DNA from: Verrucomicrobiota bacterium
GTDB taxonomy: Bacteria; Verrucomicrobiota; Verrucomicrobiia; Limisphaerales; Palsa-1400
Direction: 5' to 3'
DNA length: 64,000 bases
NCBI GenBank assembly: GCA_050011995.1
Contig: JBEKIA010000002.1
Location: 486-64,485, forward strand
A model generated the notes under the pieces. It worked only from the letters and a program-made list of their open reading frames with translations. It had not been told where the DNA came from and did not search any database. Both the position numbers and the translations under genes were made by a program. Of the stretch, positions 1 to 8,284 are shown in pieces. The first letter of the stretch is position 1, and every line of letters begins with the position of its first letter.

Positions 1-239
1 GCAGGGGCCAAAAGCGCGACGCGGTCCACCTGCACGGCTTTGCGCGGTCTGGGAATTAGCTCACCGTGCGCGCTGAGGCTTTCCAGATAAAGCCCCATGG
101 CTTCCCGCATATTTCGTTTGGCTTCTGCCACCGTCCCGCCGTTGGAGAAGCAGCCGGGCAGGTCGGGACAGTGAACCGAGTACCCGGCTTTGGGATCTTC
201 CTCGCGTTCAATCACAATTTCGTACGTCAGCCATTTCAT
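1..239 (-). CDS. hicB: HicB-family antitoxin (3' end outside window)
   Basis: Not in the ORF track because it runs off the edge. My own translation from ATG 239 gives MKWLTYEIVIEREEDPKAGYSVHCPDLPGCFSNGGTVAEAKRNMREAMGLYLESL, the typical HicB/UPF0150 N-terminal pattern (YS..PDLPGC.S.G.T.EEA..N..EA). Confidence 0.7.
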   Translation of the reverse strand, partial: MKWLTYEIVIEREEDPKAGYSVHCPDLPGCFSNGGTVAEAKRNMREAMGLYLESLSAHGELIPRPRKAVQVDRVALLAP

Positions 240-250
240 AATAATAAACT

Positions 251-985
251 TTAGCCTTTATTAAGCAATTTCTCCACTCTCATCACATCCGCCGGCACAT
301 CCACGCTCACGCTGTCATAATGGACCCGGACCACGGCGATTTGAAGGCCGTTTTCCAGGGCGCGCAACTGCTCGAGTTTCTCGGCGTTTTCCAGCGGAGA
401 AACCGGCCAGGCCACCAGGCGCAACAATGTCTCGCGCCGGTAACCATAAATGCCCAAGTGTTTCAAAAAGGGAAACGCCGCCAGCGGCTCGGCGCCGGGA
501 GCGGCGTCTCGCACGCAGGGTATCGTGCGCCGGGAGAAATATAACGCCCGCCCGGCGGCGTTGACAACGACTTTGACCACGTTGGGGTTGGCGTAGTCCG
601 CCGGGTCGGTCAGGGCCGTGGCGGCGGTGGACATTTCCGCGCGCTCCAAACCGCGGGCGACGGCATCCACCACGGCCGGGTCCATGAGCGGTTCGTCGCC
701 CTGGATGTTAAGGACGGCGTCGCAAGGGTAATTGCGCGCCACCTCGGCGATGCGGTCCGTGCCGCTGGCGTGGTCCGGGGCGGTCATCTCCGCGCGGCAA
801 AAATTTTGCGCGACCTCCCAGATGCGGGTGTCGTCGGTGGCGACGATGACTTCGGCCAGGGATTGGGCGCGCTGGCAGCGTTCGACGACATGCTGGAGGA
901 GGGTTTTGCCGGCGATGCGGGCGAGCGGTTTGCCGGGGAACCGGGTGGAACCGTAGCGGGCCGGGATGATGCCGATGATTTTCAT
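251..985 (-). CDS. kdsB: 3-deoxy-manno-octulosonate cytidylyltransferase (CMP-KDO synthetase)
   Basis: ORF 251..1105 trimmed to ATG 985 (MKIIGIIPARYGSTRFPGKPLARIAGK...). Motifs IIPAR.GS.RFPGKPL and NIQGDEPL are present. The upstream extension runs through a repeat element. Confidence 0.93.
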   Translation of the reverse strand: MKIIGIIPARYGSTRFPGKPLARIAGKTLLQHVVERCQRAQSLAEVIVATDDTRIWEVAQNFCRAEMTAPDHASGTDRIAEVARNYPCDAVLNIQGDEPLMDPAVVDAVARGLERAEMSTAATALTDPADYANPNVVKVVVNAAGRALYFSRRTIPCVRDAAPGAEPLAAFPFLKHLGIYGYRRETLLRLVAWPVSPLENAEKLEQLRALENGLQIAVVRVHYDSVSVDVPADVMRVEKLLNKG

Positions 986-1011
986 CGCGGGGAGTGTAAG
1001 GGGAGAATGGG

Positions 1012-1121
1012 AAATGCAAAATGCAAAATGCAAACCCTTGTAGCGGCGGTCTGTGACCGCCGCAAACCGGAAGAATTGCCTGACGGCGGCGCGCTCGGCG
1101 GTCATAGACCGCCGCTACAGG
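1012..1121. repeat. Composite intergenic repeat: (AAATGCA)x3 followed by an inverted pair of the D-family element
   Basis: The heptamer aaatgca occurs 3 times at 1012-1032. cttgtagcggcggtctgtgaccgccgc (1037-1063) and ggcggtcatagaccgccgctacagg (1097-1121) are inverted copies of each other. A third copy lies at 38318-38341. Confidence 0.8.
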
Positions 1122-1180
1122 AGGTCTTGATTGGAAAACTTTTTGAAAAAAGTTCTTGCATGTTTTGGGGTTCTGTGTTC

Positions 1181-1198
1181 TAGTGTTATACAACACTA
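1181..1198 (+). promoter_or_regulatory. Candidate GntR/YtrA operator palindrome overlapping the start codon
   Basis: TAGTGTT-ATAC-AACACTA has perfect 7-bp arms and ends in the A of ATG 1198. TATACA at 1187-1192 sits 5 nt before the ATG, consistent with a leaderless transcript. GT-N-AC palindromes are the usual GntR operator type. Confidence 0.4.
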
Positions 1199-1587
1199 TG
1201 TTTATTCATCTCAATCCGAACAGCGGGATGCCGATTTACCGGCAGTTGTTCGGACAGTTGCGCCAGCGCATCGTCAGCGGACAACTCGCGGCGGAGGAGC
1301 AGTTGCCCTCGGTGCGCGATCTGGCCGCCGGCTTGAAGATCAATTTGCTGACGGTGGCCAAGGTTTACCAATGGCTGGAAGGGGAGGGATTGGTGGAGAC
1401 GCGGCGGGGGCTGGGCACGTTTGTGCGGGGCGGCCATGCCACGCGCTCGCTCGCGGAAAAACGCCGGCTGATCGCCGATGCGGTCGAACAGGTGGTGGCG
1501 GAGGCGCAACATCTGAACCTGGAGGAAGGCGACCTTCTCCAGCTTGTCCGGCAGCGGTTTGCCGAAATGAAGAAACATTCCCAATGA
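1198..1587 (+). CDS. GntR family transcriptional regulator, YtrA subfamily
   Basis: ORF 1156..1587 trimmed to ATG 1198: MFIHLNPNSGMPIYRQLFGQLRQRIVSGQLAAEEQLPSVRDLAAGLKINLLTVAKVYQWLEGEGLV. This is a short wHTH GntR followed by an ABC ATPase, which is YtrA-type operon architecture. Confidence 0.9.
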   Translation: MFIHLNPNSGMPIYRQLFGQLRQRIVSGQLAAEEQLPSVRDLAAGLKINLLTVAKVYQWLEGEGLVETRRGLGTFVRGGHATRSLAEKRRLIADAVEQVVAEAQHLNLEEGDLLQLVRQRFAEMKKHSQ

Positions 1588-1611
1588 AAACCCCTTGAAC
1601 ACAATGATTTT

Positions 1612-2502
1612 ATGGAACCATACATGATCGAAACCCAACACGTCTCCCGCTCGTTCGGGAAAAATACGGCGGTGCAAAACCTGAACCTGCGGGTGCGGCG
1701 CGGATCCATTTACGGGTTCCTCGGCCGCAACGGCGCGGGGAAAACGACGGCCATCAAAATGCTGGCCGGCCTGCTCTGGCCGGACGCGGGCGAAATCCGG
1801 GTCAACGGCGTGGCACCGTCGGATTTCACGGTGCGGGACCGGTGGAAGATCGGTTACGTGTCGGAAAAGCAAATTCTGATGCCGGGCATGAGGGTGGATG
1901 CGCTTATCCATTTCACTTCGCAGTTCTATCCCGACTGGGATTCCGCGGTGTGCGAGCGGATGTTGCGGCGGTTCAAGATTGATCCGGCCCGGCGCATCAA
2001 GGCGCTGTCGCAAGGAACGGCCCGGCAGGTGGCCTTCCTGCTGGCCCTGGCGCAGAAGCCGGACCTGCTCCTCCTGGACGAACCGGCGGCCAGCCTGGAC
2101 GTGGTGGCGCGCCGGGATTTCCTGGATGAAATGCTGCAACTGCTCCGGGAAGAGGGCAAAACGGCGCTCTTGTCGTCGCACATCCTGAGCGATGTGGAGC
2201 GGGTGGCGGACGAGATCGGCATCATCGCGCGGGGGACGCTCAAAATCAGCGAGCCGCTCGACCATTTGAAGGAAACGGTCAAGCAGGCACGCTTCTACGG
2301 ATTCGCGCGGGGCCTGGACACGTTCGCCATTCCGGAGGCGCTTCGATTGACCAAAACCCGGGACGAAGCGCTGGCCACCCTGCGGATCCAGGATGACACG
2401 ACGCTGCCCAAACTGGCCGCGGCGCATCAATGTCAATATGAACTAATCCATCTGAACCTGGAGGACATTTTTGTGGAAATCGTCCGGGAAGGAGAGGAGT
2501 GA
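1612..2502 (+). CDS. ABC transporter ATP-binding protein
   Basis: Walker A GRNGAGKTT, signature LSQGTARQ, Walker B LLLLDEP. Immediately downstream of the GntR gene. Confidence 0.93.
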   Translation: MEPYMIETQHVSRSFGKNTAVQNLNLRVRRGSIYGFLGRNGAGKTTAIKMLAGLLWPDAGEIRVNGVAPSDFTVRDRWKIGYVSEKQILMPGMRVDALIHFTSQFYPDWDSAVCERMLRRFKIDPARRIKALSQGTARQVAFLLALAQKPDLLLLDEPAASLDVVARRDFLDEMLQLLREEGKTALLSSHILSDVERVADEIGIIARGTLKISEPLDHLKETVKQARFYGFARGLDTFAIPEALRLTKTRDEALATLRIQDDTTLPKLAAAHQCQYELIHLNLEDIFVEIVREGEE

Positions 2503-2506
2503 CCCT

Positions 2507-3385
2507 ATGAAAACCCGCGCTCCCTTTTGGCCGCTGTTGAGAAATGAACTGCTTTTCGACCATTTTCCACGGGTTCCACTGGCCTTGGCTGTTTTCTATT
2601 GTCTGGCGGTATGGTATGTGATCGGCTGCGGACTGTTGCTCCTCTTGACGCGTGGTTGCCAGGGGGATATCGCGCTGTTTTTCAGTTCGATTCAGGATGC
2701 CTTTGTGCCGATCTGCTGTGGGTGGCTTTTTAACGCCTTGATGTTGACCGGGATCATAACGATTCCCGGCTTTGGCCGGTCGGAGACTTATGAGTTTTAT
2801 TTCACGCGCGCCATCGCGCGCCGGGGTTTGTTTCGGGCCAAAACGATGGTGCTCTTCGCGGTGCTCCTGGGTCCGCTGATTCTCAATATGTTCCTCGCGC
2901 TCCGCACGCCGGATCTCGTCCTCCAGCCCAATAGGCTGGCTGCGCCCATGTCTGGCCCCTCGATGCCGGATCCGGAACTGATGGAGGGTTATAGGCGGGC
3001 GTTCCCCGGCGCGCATCCCAAAGTGGTTCGTCCAGGACTCACTGCCCAGGAAGTCCATGAACTTGTTCTGCCGCGCGCGACGCTGGTGTACGCCGGATGG
3101 CTGCTCTGGGGGGGAGTGCTTGGGGTGCTGGCCATCCAAGCCTACTGCGCATGGATGGCCAGGCATGTCACCCGCCGGTTCTTGCCGATGGTGGTCTTCG
3201 TTGGCCCTCCTTTGCTGGCCATTAGCCTGCTGGTGGTTCAGTTCGGGGGCCTGTCCGCCTTTCTGGAAAGGAGCTTCCTGTTCTTCGCCGGCCACCAGGC
3301 GGCGCTGGTTCTGGCGGCGGCGGCGGCGATTCCCCTCGTGCAATGGTGGGCGGAGCGGCGCTTCAGCGAGTTGGAAATCAGTTGA
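2507..3385 (+). CDS. Multi-pass membrane protein, putative permease partner of the ABC ATPase
   Basis: ORF 2471..3385 trimmed to ATG 2507 (MKTRAPFWPLLRNELLF), 5 nt after the ATPase stop. Several hydrophobic segments. No family recognised. Confidence 0.75.
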   Translation: MKTRAPFWPLLRNELLFDHFPRVPLALAVFYCLAVWYVIGCGLLLLLTRGCQGDIALFFSSIQDAFVPICCGWLFNALMLTGIITIPGFGRSETYEFYFTRAIARRGLFRAKTMVLFAVLLGPLILNMFLALRTPDLVLQPNRLAAPMSGPSMPDPELMEGYRRAFPGAHPKVVRPGLTAQEVHELVLPRATLVYAGWLLWGGVLGVLAIQAYCAWMARHVTRRFLPMVVFVGPPLLAISLLVVQFGGLSAFLERSFLFFAGHQAALVLAAAAAIPLVQWWAERRFSELEIS

Positions 3386-3409
3386 AGCAGCACTGCCTCA
3401 GTCTTGGCT

Positions 3410-3464
3410 GGTAGGGCGCGCACTCCGTGCGCGCCGCGGCGGGCAGTGGACTGCCCGCCCTACC
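3410..3464. repeat. Dispersed palindromic element, family A (copy 1)
   Basis: ggtagggcgcgcactccgtgcgcgccgcggcgggcagtggactgcccgccctacc contains two internal hairpins and GGTAGGG/CCCTACC termini. Its reverse complement recurs at 22819-22873 with 1 mismatch in 55 nt. Confidence 0.9.
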
Positions 3465-3601
3465 TTTCCCCCCTCGGTGACGCATTACCTGAAACATCGC
3501 TTGTCATTTGGCGGGGGTGGTTTAAATTGGCGGGGCCATGAAACGAAAAAAGGTTCGCGGCACAAACTTCAAATAAAACACAGGAGAACAGAAACTGTAC
3601 T

Positions 3602-4156
3602 ATGAATACATTGAAACACGCATTGATTGTCACAGCCCTCAGCGCGGCGGCGGTGTTGCCGGCCTGGGGCGGCGGCAGTCCCGTCAGCCCTCATGAAACG
3701 GTCAGCGCCACCATCGGCGGCAACACAGTCAAGATTACTTATGGGCGTCCCTTCAGCAAGAAACCGGGCACACAAGCCGTGCGGAAAATCTGGGGTGAAC
3801 TGGTGCCGTGGGACGCGGCCTGGCGGCTCGGCGCGGATCAAGCGACCACGCTGGTCTGCGAAAAAGCCATCGTGCTCAGCGGGACCAAGGTTGCAGCCGG
3901 CACTTATACGCTCTACATGGTTCCTTCGGAAAAGGGCGTCTCCAAGCTGGCCATCAGCAAGACGACCGGGCAATGGGGAATTCCGGTGGACGAGAAAAAT
4001 GATCTGGCGCGGGTGGACTTGAAGAAAACGCCGTTGGATCCCCAGGTGGATCAGCTCACGCTTTCTTTGGGGCCTGGATCGGGCGCGAACGCGGGAGTGC
4101 TCAAGATTGCGTGGGAAAAGACCCAGTATTCCATTGAGTTCACCAACGCCCCATAG
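3602..4156 (+). CDS. DUF2911 domain-containing secreted protein
   Basis: Signal peptide MNTLKHALIVTALSAAAVLPAWG. Core GELVPWDAAWRLGADQATTL and AGTYTLYMVP match the DUF2911 pattern as I remember it. Confidence 0.8.
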   Translation: MNTLKHALIVTALSAAAVLPAWGGGSPVSPHETVSATIGGNTVKITYGRPFSKKPGTQAVRKIWGELVPWDAAWRLGADQATTLVCEKAIVLSGTKVAAGTYTLYMVPSEKGVSKLAISKTTGQWGIPVDEKNDLARVDLKKTPLDPQVDQLTLSLGPGSGANAGVLKIAWEKTQYSIEFTNAP

Positions 4157-4221
4157 GCGGGGCAAACGATGAACGCTCCACCAATCTCGCCGCAGCCGCT
4201 AACCCGGATATTTCGTAGTCT

Positions 4222-4280
4222 GGTAGGGCGAAGCTGCTGCTTCGCCCTGATTCAGGGCGGCGCGGCAGCGCCGCCCTGCC
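4222..4280. repeat. Dispersed palindromic element, family B (copy 1)
   Basis: ggtagggcgaagctgctgcttcgccctga...gggcggcgcggcagcgccgccctgcc. A second copy in the same orientation lies at 22910-22970. Confidence 0.85.
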
Positions 4281-4353
4281 ATTCAGGGTGTGGCAAGTTC
4301 TGCCAGAGATATGAAATATCCGGGCTAATCGGTTGCGGCGAATCCCCTTACCT

Positions 4354-5277
4354 ATGAATCCAGGAAAATTGCCCTTGGCGCTCGTGTTCGCCTGCGGGCT
4401 GGCGCTGGCCGGCGGATTGCGGGCGCAAACGCCCGCCACCCCGCCGCCGCAGATGATGCCGATCCGGTTTCCGGCGCTTCCCCAGGCCAGCCCCATCTGC
4501 ACCAACATTCAACACGTCGGCTTGACGGATATTACAGTTGTTTATTCGCGGCCCAGCATGAGGGGGCACCCCACCGTGTTCGGGGGCATCGTTCCCTACG
4601 GCGATCTCTGGCGCACCGGCGACAACGCTTCGACCAAAATCTCTTTCAGCACTCCGGTCAGACTGGGAGGGGCGGACGGCGTGGAAGTTCTCGCCGGGAC
4701 CTACGGCCTTTACACCATCCCGGACGAAAAGGCCTGGACCGTGATCCTGAACAAGGACACGGGCCTTTGGGGCAAAGACCTTTATGATCCCAAGAAGGAT
4801 GCCGCGCGCTTCAAAGTCGCGCCGGTGAAGCTGACCGATTCCCCGGTCGAGAACTTTACCATTGATGTCAACGATATCCAGGACGATTCGGCCACGATCA
4901 ACCTGGTGTGGGCCAGAGTGCGGGTTCCCATCAAAGTGGAGGTGGACATCGTCAGCGATCTTCTGCTGAAAATCAAGGACTCCATGGATTCTCCCACCAG
5001 AAAACAGCCGGATACTTACCTGCGGGCGGCGACGTTTTACTTCGACCACACCAAGGACCTGGCGCAGGCGCTGTTGTGGGTCAACGCGGGACTGGTGAAT
5101 CATCCGCCCATCGAATATCAATTGCTGTATCTCAAGGCGAAAATTCTGGCCAAAATGGGAGACCGCGACGGCGCCAAAGCCGCCGCCACCCAATCCACTG
5201 CTCTGGCGCGGGAAGCGGAAGGGCCGGGCACGCCCTATTACAAGATGAACCAGGAAGTGATTTCGAGCCTGCGCTGA
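4354..5277 (+). CDS. DUF2911 domain-containing protein with C-terminal helical (TPR-like) region
   Basis: ORF 4333..5277 trimmed to ATG 4354 (MNPGKLPLALVFACGLALAGGLRAQ signal peptide). GGIVPYGDLWRTGDNASTKI and AGTYGLYTIP are paralogous to the 3602 gene. Confidence 0.85.
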   Translation: MNPGKLPLALVFACGLALAGGLRAQTPATPPPQMMPIRFPALPQASPICTNIQHVGLTDITVVYSRPSMRGHPTVFGGIVPYGDLWRTGDNASTKISFSTPVRLGGADGVEVLAGTYGLYTIPDEKAWTVILNKDTGLWGKDLYDPKKDAARFKVAPVKLTDSPVENFTIDVNDIQDDSATINLVWARVRVPIKVEVDIVSDLLLKIKDSMDSPTRKQPDTYLRAATFYFDHTKDLAQALLWVNAGLVNHPPIEYQLLYLKAKILAKMGDRDGAKAAATQSTALAREAEGPGTPYYKMNQEVISSLR

Positions 5278-5320
5278 TGAAACCGCCCGCCCCCGCCTCC
5301 CTCAACGCAACGCCTCCGTC

Positions 5321-5482
5321 TTGGGTGGCACGGGCGACTCGCCCGTGCCGCCGGGCCACTGGCCCGGCGGCAGATCGAATGCGACTCTTGGCTAAAGCAC
5401 TGCGTTGCTTTTGTATTCCGTTACTCCCGGTTCCGGTCGGCGAGTCGCCGACCGGCACAGGCGGGTCGCCTGTGCCACCCAA
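5321..5482. repeat. Cluster of four GC-rich perfect hairpins (REP-like)
   Basis: H1 ggcacgggcga-c-tcgcccgtgcc (5327-5349). H2 ccgggcc-act-ggcccgg (5351-5367). H3 ccggtcggcga-g-tcgccgaccgg (5433-5455). H4 cacaggcg-ggt-cgcctgtg (5456-5474). The outer arms ttgggtggcac / gtgccacccaa are themselves inverted. Confidence 0.85.
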
Positions 5483-8036
5483 ACAGAGGGGTGCCGGGTT
5501 CCTGGCCGGATTGCTTCTTTCCGCCTTCTGCCTTCTGCCTTTTGTGGCCCCGGCTCAAACGCCGCCCGGCCCGCCAATAGGAGGGCCAGGAGGGCCAAGC
5601 CGGAGGCCGCTGCCCGATCTCGCCCCGGACATTCTCCAGGAACTGCGGAGTTTTCGGGAGATGGGAAGCGTGCTTTTGGTCGCGGCGCATCCGGACGACG
5701 AGGACTCGAGCCTGATCGCCTTTCTGGCGCGCGGCCGCTATTGCCGCACCGCCTATCTCTCCCTAACGCGCGGCGACGGCGGGCAGAATGTGCTCGGACC
5801 GGAGATCGGGGACGAACTGGGGGTGATCCGCACGCAGGAATTGTTGGCGGCGCGGCGGATTGACGGCGGCCAGCAGTTCTTCACCCGGGCCAGGGATTTT
5901 GGATATTCCAAGGATTACCGGGAGACGTTCAAATTCTGGGGCGAAAAAGAAGTGTTGTCCGACATGGTGCGGGTGATTCGCGCGTTCCGGCCGGACGTGC
6001 TCATCGCCAATTTTTCCACCAACAGCTCGCCAGGCCAGCACGGGCATCACACCGCCTCGGCCATACTGACCGGCGAAGCCTTCAAGCTGGCGGGCGATAG
6101 CAACGCCTTTCCCGAACAATTGGGCGAATTGAAGCCCTGGCAGCCCAAACGGCTGCTCCAGGACCACGGAAGCGCGCTGACCATGGCGGTGGGCGCGGAA
6201 TTCGGGGCCATCGCCAGCCGCAGCCGCTCCATGCACAAAACGCAGGGCTTCGGCGCGTTTGGCGGACGCGGCGGCGCGGGCAGCGCCGGTTTTACCTTCC
6301 TGGCCGGCGCGCCGGCGACAAACGATATATTTGACGGCATTGACACAACGTGGGGGCGCGTCCCCGGCGGCGCGGAGATTGGGAAAATGACCGATGATCT
6401 GATCGCTCACTTCGACTCGGCAAACCTGGAGTCCAACGTGCCCGCGCTGATAAAGATTCATCACCTCCTGGCCGGCCTGCCCGCTGATGTTGTGCTTGAT
6501 GAAAAGCGCCATCAGTTGGTTCACATTTTACAGCAGTGCCTCGGTCTTTCCGTGATAACCGTCGGTCTTTCGGGGGAAACGCCGCAAGTCGACGTCGTGG
6601 CCGGCGAACCACTGTTTTTGCAGCATGCCGCGTCCATCCGTAGCGACGTGCCGGTACGCTGGGTGGGAGTGCTTTATCCGGAGGTGACCAACAAAACAGG
6701 CCAAGCGAGGAGCCTGGACCCAGTCCTAGCCCCCGGCCGCGACGCAACCCTCCTGCTGCTGACCCAAAAACCGAAAACCCAGCTATTCTCCGTCTACGAC
6801 ATGCTCGCCGATTCATTCGCAGAGCTGCCGACCAACGCACCGATAACCCAGCCATACTGGTTGCGCGAAGAGGGCACCATCGGGCTTTTCAGAGTGGACG
6901 ATGCTTCCCTTATCGGCAAGCCGGAGAATCCACCGTTTTTCGCCTTTGAACAGGTCTTTGAGGTGATGGGCGAGAGATTTACAGTTCCAGATTCCCTCGC
7001 CTTGCGGGTCATTCCGCCTGTGTCGCTCAAGTTTGTGGACGATGTGGAACTTTTTCTGCCAGGCGCGGCGCAGACCGCCGTCGTGGGAGTCACTGCCGCG
7101 CCGAGCGATATCCTCACAGTCCTGCTGGGGCGGGAGGCTCGGCTGGTCACGGGCACGCTGCGGCTGGAGGCTCCTCCAGGTTGGAAGGTGACACCGCCTA
7201 CACAGCCATTTTCCGTCAGCAGTTCGGACGGCAACGCGCGGTTCACCTTCACCATCACCGCCCCGGCCCAGCCCGGCACGGCGGAGATTCTCGCCGTTGC
7301 GAATGTCGGAGGCGTGGACTGGCACACTCGCCGCGTCGAACTTAAATACGATCATATCCCGCCCCAGTTGCTGCAGCCGCCCGCGCGGCTCAAGGCCTTG
7401 AGCCTCGAACTCGCCATTCGCGGCCACAAAGTCGGCTACATCCCCGGCGCGGGCGACGAAGTGGCCGCGGCGCTGGCGCGGATGGGCTACGAGGTCACAC
7501 AACTGGCGGGCGCGGACTTGACGCCGGAGCGATTGCGCGGGCTGGACGCGGTGGTGTTGGGCGTTCGCGCCTTCAACGTCCGCACGGACCTCGCGCCGCG
7601 CATGTCCGCCCTGTTCGATTTTGCCACCAACGGCGGCAACGTCATCGTGCTCTACAACCGGCCGCAAGGCAGCCAGCCCGTGGCGCCTTACAGCCTGACC
7701 CTCTCCGGCAGCCGGGTGACGGACGAAACGGCGGAGATGACGCTGCTCGTGCCGGAGCATCCGGTTTTCAACACGCCCAACAAAATTGTCCCGGCGGATT
7801 TTGACGGCTGGGTGCAGGAGCGCGGAGCGTACTTTGCCAGCCGGTGGGACCCCCATTTCACGCCGCTGCTCGCCTGCCATGACCCCGGCGAGGAACCTCT
7901 CCAGGGCAGCCTGCTGGTGGCGCAGTGCGGCAAGGGCCATTTCGTCTATACCGCCCTCTCCTGGTTCCGGCAATTGCCCGACGGCGTGCCCGGCGCCTAC
8001 CGGCTTTTTGCCAACCTGGTCTCGCTCGGAAAATGA
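5472..8036 (+). CDS. PIG-L (LmbE) family deacetylase with large C-terminal domains
   Basis: LLVAAHPDDEDSSLIAFLARG...LSLTRGDGGQN...GHHTAS is the PIG-L signature. The start is uncertain. GTG 5472 gives a good signal peptide (PPKQRGAGFLAGLLLSAFCLLPFVAPAQT). ATG 5379 and 5277 are alternatives, but both run through the hairpin cluster. Confidence 0.85.
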   Translation: MPPKQRGAGFLAGLLLSAFCLLPFVAPAQTPPGPPIGGPGGPSRRPLPDLAPDILQELRSFREMGSVLLVAAHPDDEDSSLIAFLARGRYCRTAYLSLTRGDGGQNVLGPEIGDELGVIRTQELLAARRIDGGQQFFTRARDFGYSKDYRETFKFWGEKEVLSDMVRVIRAFRPDVLIANFSTNSSPGQHGHHTASAILTGEAFKLAGDSNAFPEQLGELKPWQPKRLLQDHGSALTMAVGAEFGAIASRSRSMHKTQGFGAFGGRGGAGSAGFTFLAGAPATNDIFDGIDTTWGRVPGGAEIGKMTDDLIAHFDSANLESNVPALIKIHHLLAGLPADVVLDEKRHQLVHILQQCLGLSVITVGLSGETPQVDVVAGEPLFLQHAASIRSDVPVRWVGVLYPEVTNKTGQARSLDPVLAPGRDATLLLLTQKPKTQLFSVYDMLADSFAELPTNAPITQPYWLREEGTIGLFRVDDASLIGKPENPPFFAFEQVFEVMGERFTVPDSLALRVIPPVSLKFVDDVELFLPGAAQTAVVGVTAAPSDILTVLLGREARLVTGTLRLEAPPGWKVTPPTQPFSVSSSDGNARFTFTITAPAQPGTAEILAVANVGGVDWHTRRVELKYDHIPPQLLQPPARLKALSLELAIRGHKVGYIPGAGDEVAAALARMGYEVTQLAGADLTPERLRGLDAVVLGVRAFNVRTDLAPRMSALFDFATNGGNVIVLYNRPQGSQPVAPYSLTLSGSRVTDETAEMTLLVPEHPVFNTPNKIVPADFDGWVQERGAYFASRWDPHFTPLLACHDPGEEPLQGSLLVAQCGKGHFVYTALSWFRQLPDGVPGAYRLFANLVSLGK

Positions 8037-8197
8037 AGTCCTCTCCAGCCCCGCCCGGCCCGCCGAACAATAGTGTTGACACTAACGAGACCGGCCTGCC
8101 CGGATTGCGGACATGGCGCGGGGTTTACCTTGTGGTTCTCGGCCTGTTCATGCTGTGGGTGGCTTTGCTGGCGGCGTTGGAGAAGGTCTTTTCATGA
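8033..8197 (+). CDS. Small single-TM protein preceding the symporter
   Basis: MKSSPAPPGPPNNSVDTNETGLPGLRTWRGVYLVVLGLFMLWVALLAALEKVFS. Its ATG overlaps the PIG-L stop (ATGA). It has one hydrophobic helix. The position resembles small subunits found in front of solute symporters. Confidence 0.5.
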   Translation: MKSSPAPPGPPNNSVDTNETGLPGLRTWRGVYLVVLGLFMLWVALLAALEKVFS

Positions 8198-8284
8198 ACA
8201 AGCTGGATTACCCAGTCACGGCTCGACAGAGTCTCGCCCTACCGGCGTTGGAACAGTTTTTTTCATGAACCCGCTGGATTACCT
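8187..8284 (+). repeat. Duplicated gene junction (24 bp x2) flanking a 47-bp insert containing a REP-like fragment
   Basis: TTTTCATGAACaaGCTGGATTACC at 8189-8212 and TTTTCATGAACccGCTGGATTACC at 8260-8283 (offset 71 bp). The insert contains ggctcgac and gtctcgccctacc motifs shared with other repeat families. Confidence 0.75.

Noticed and set aside
4908-5471. 5' extension of the PIG-L ORF (ORF-track start 4908), and similar extensions of the symporter (8073), ppk1 (18159), the BNR protein (20758), YncE (31098) and DUF1552 (49209).
   Set aside because: The extensions overlap upstream genes or run through palindromic repeat elements, and they lack sequence resembling the families. Internal starts give canonical N-termini or signal peptides.
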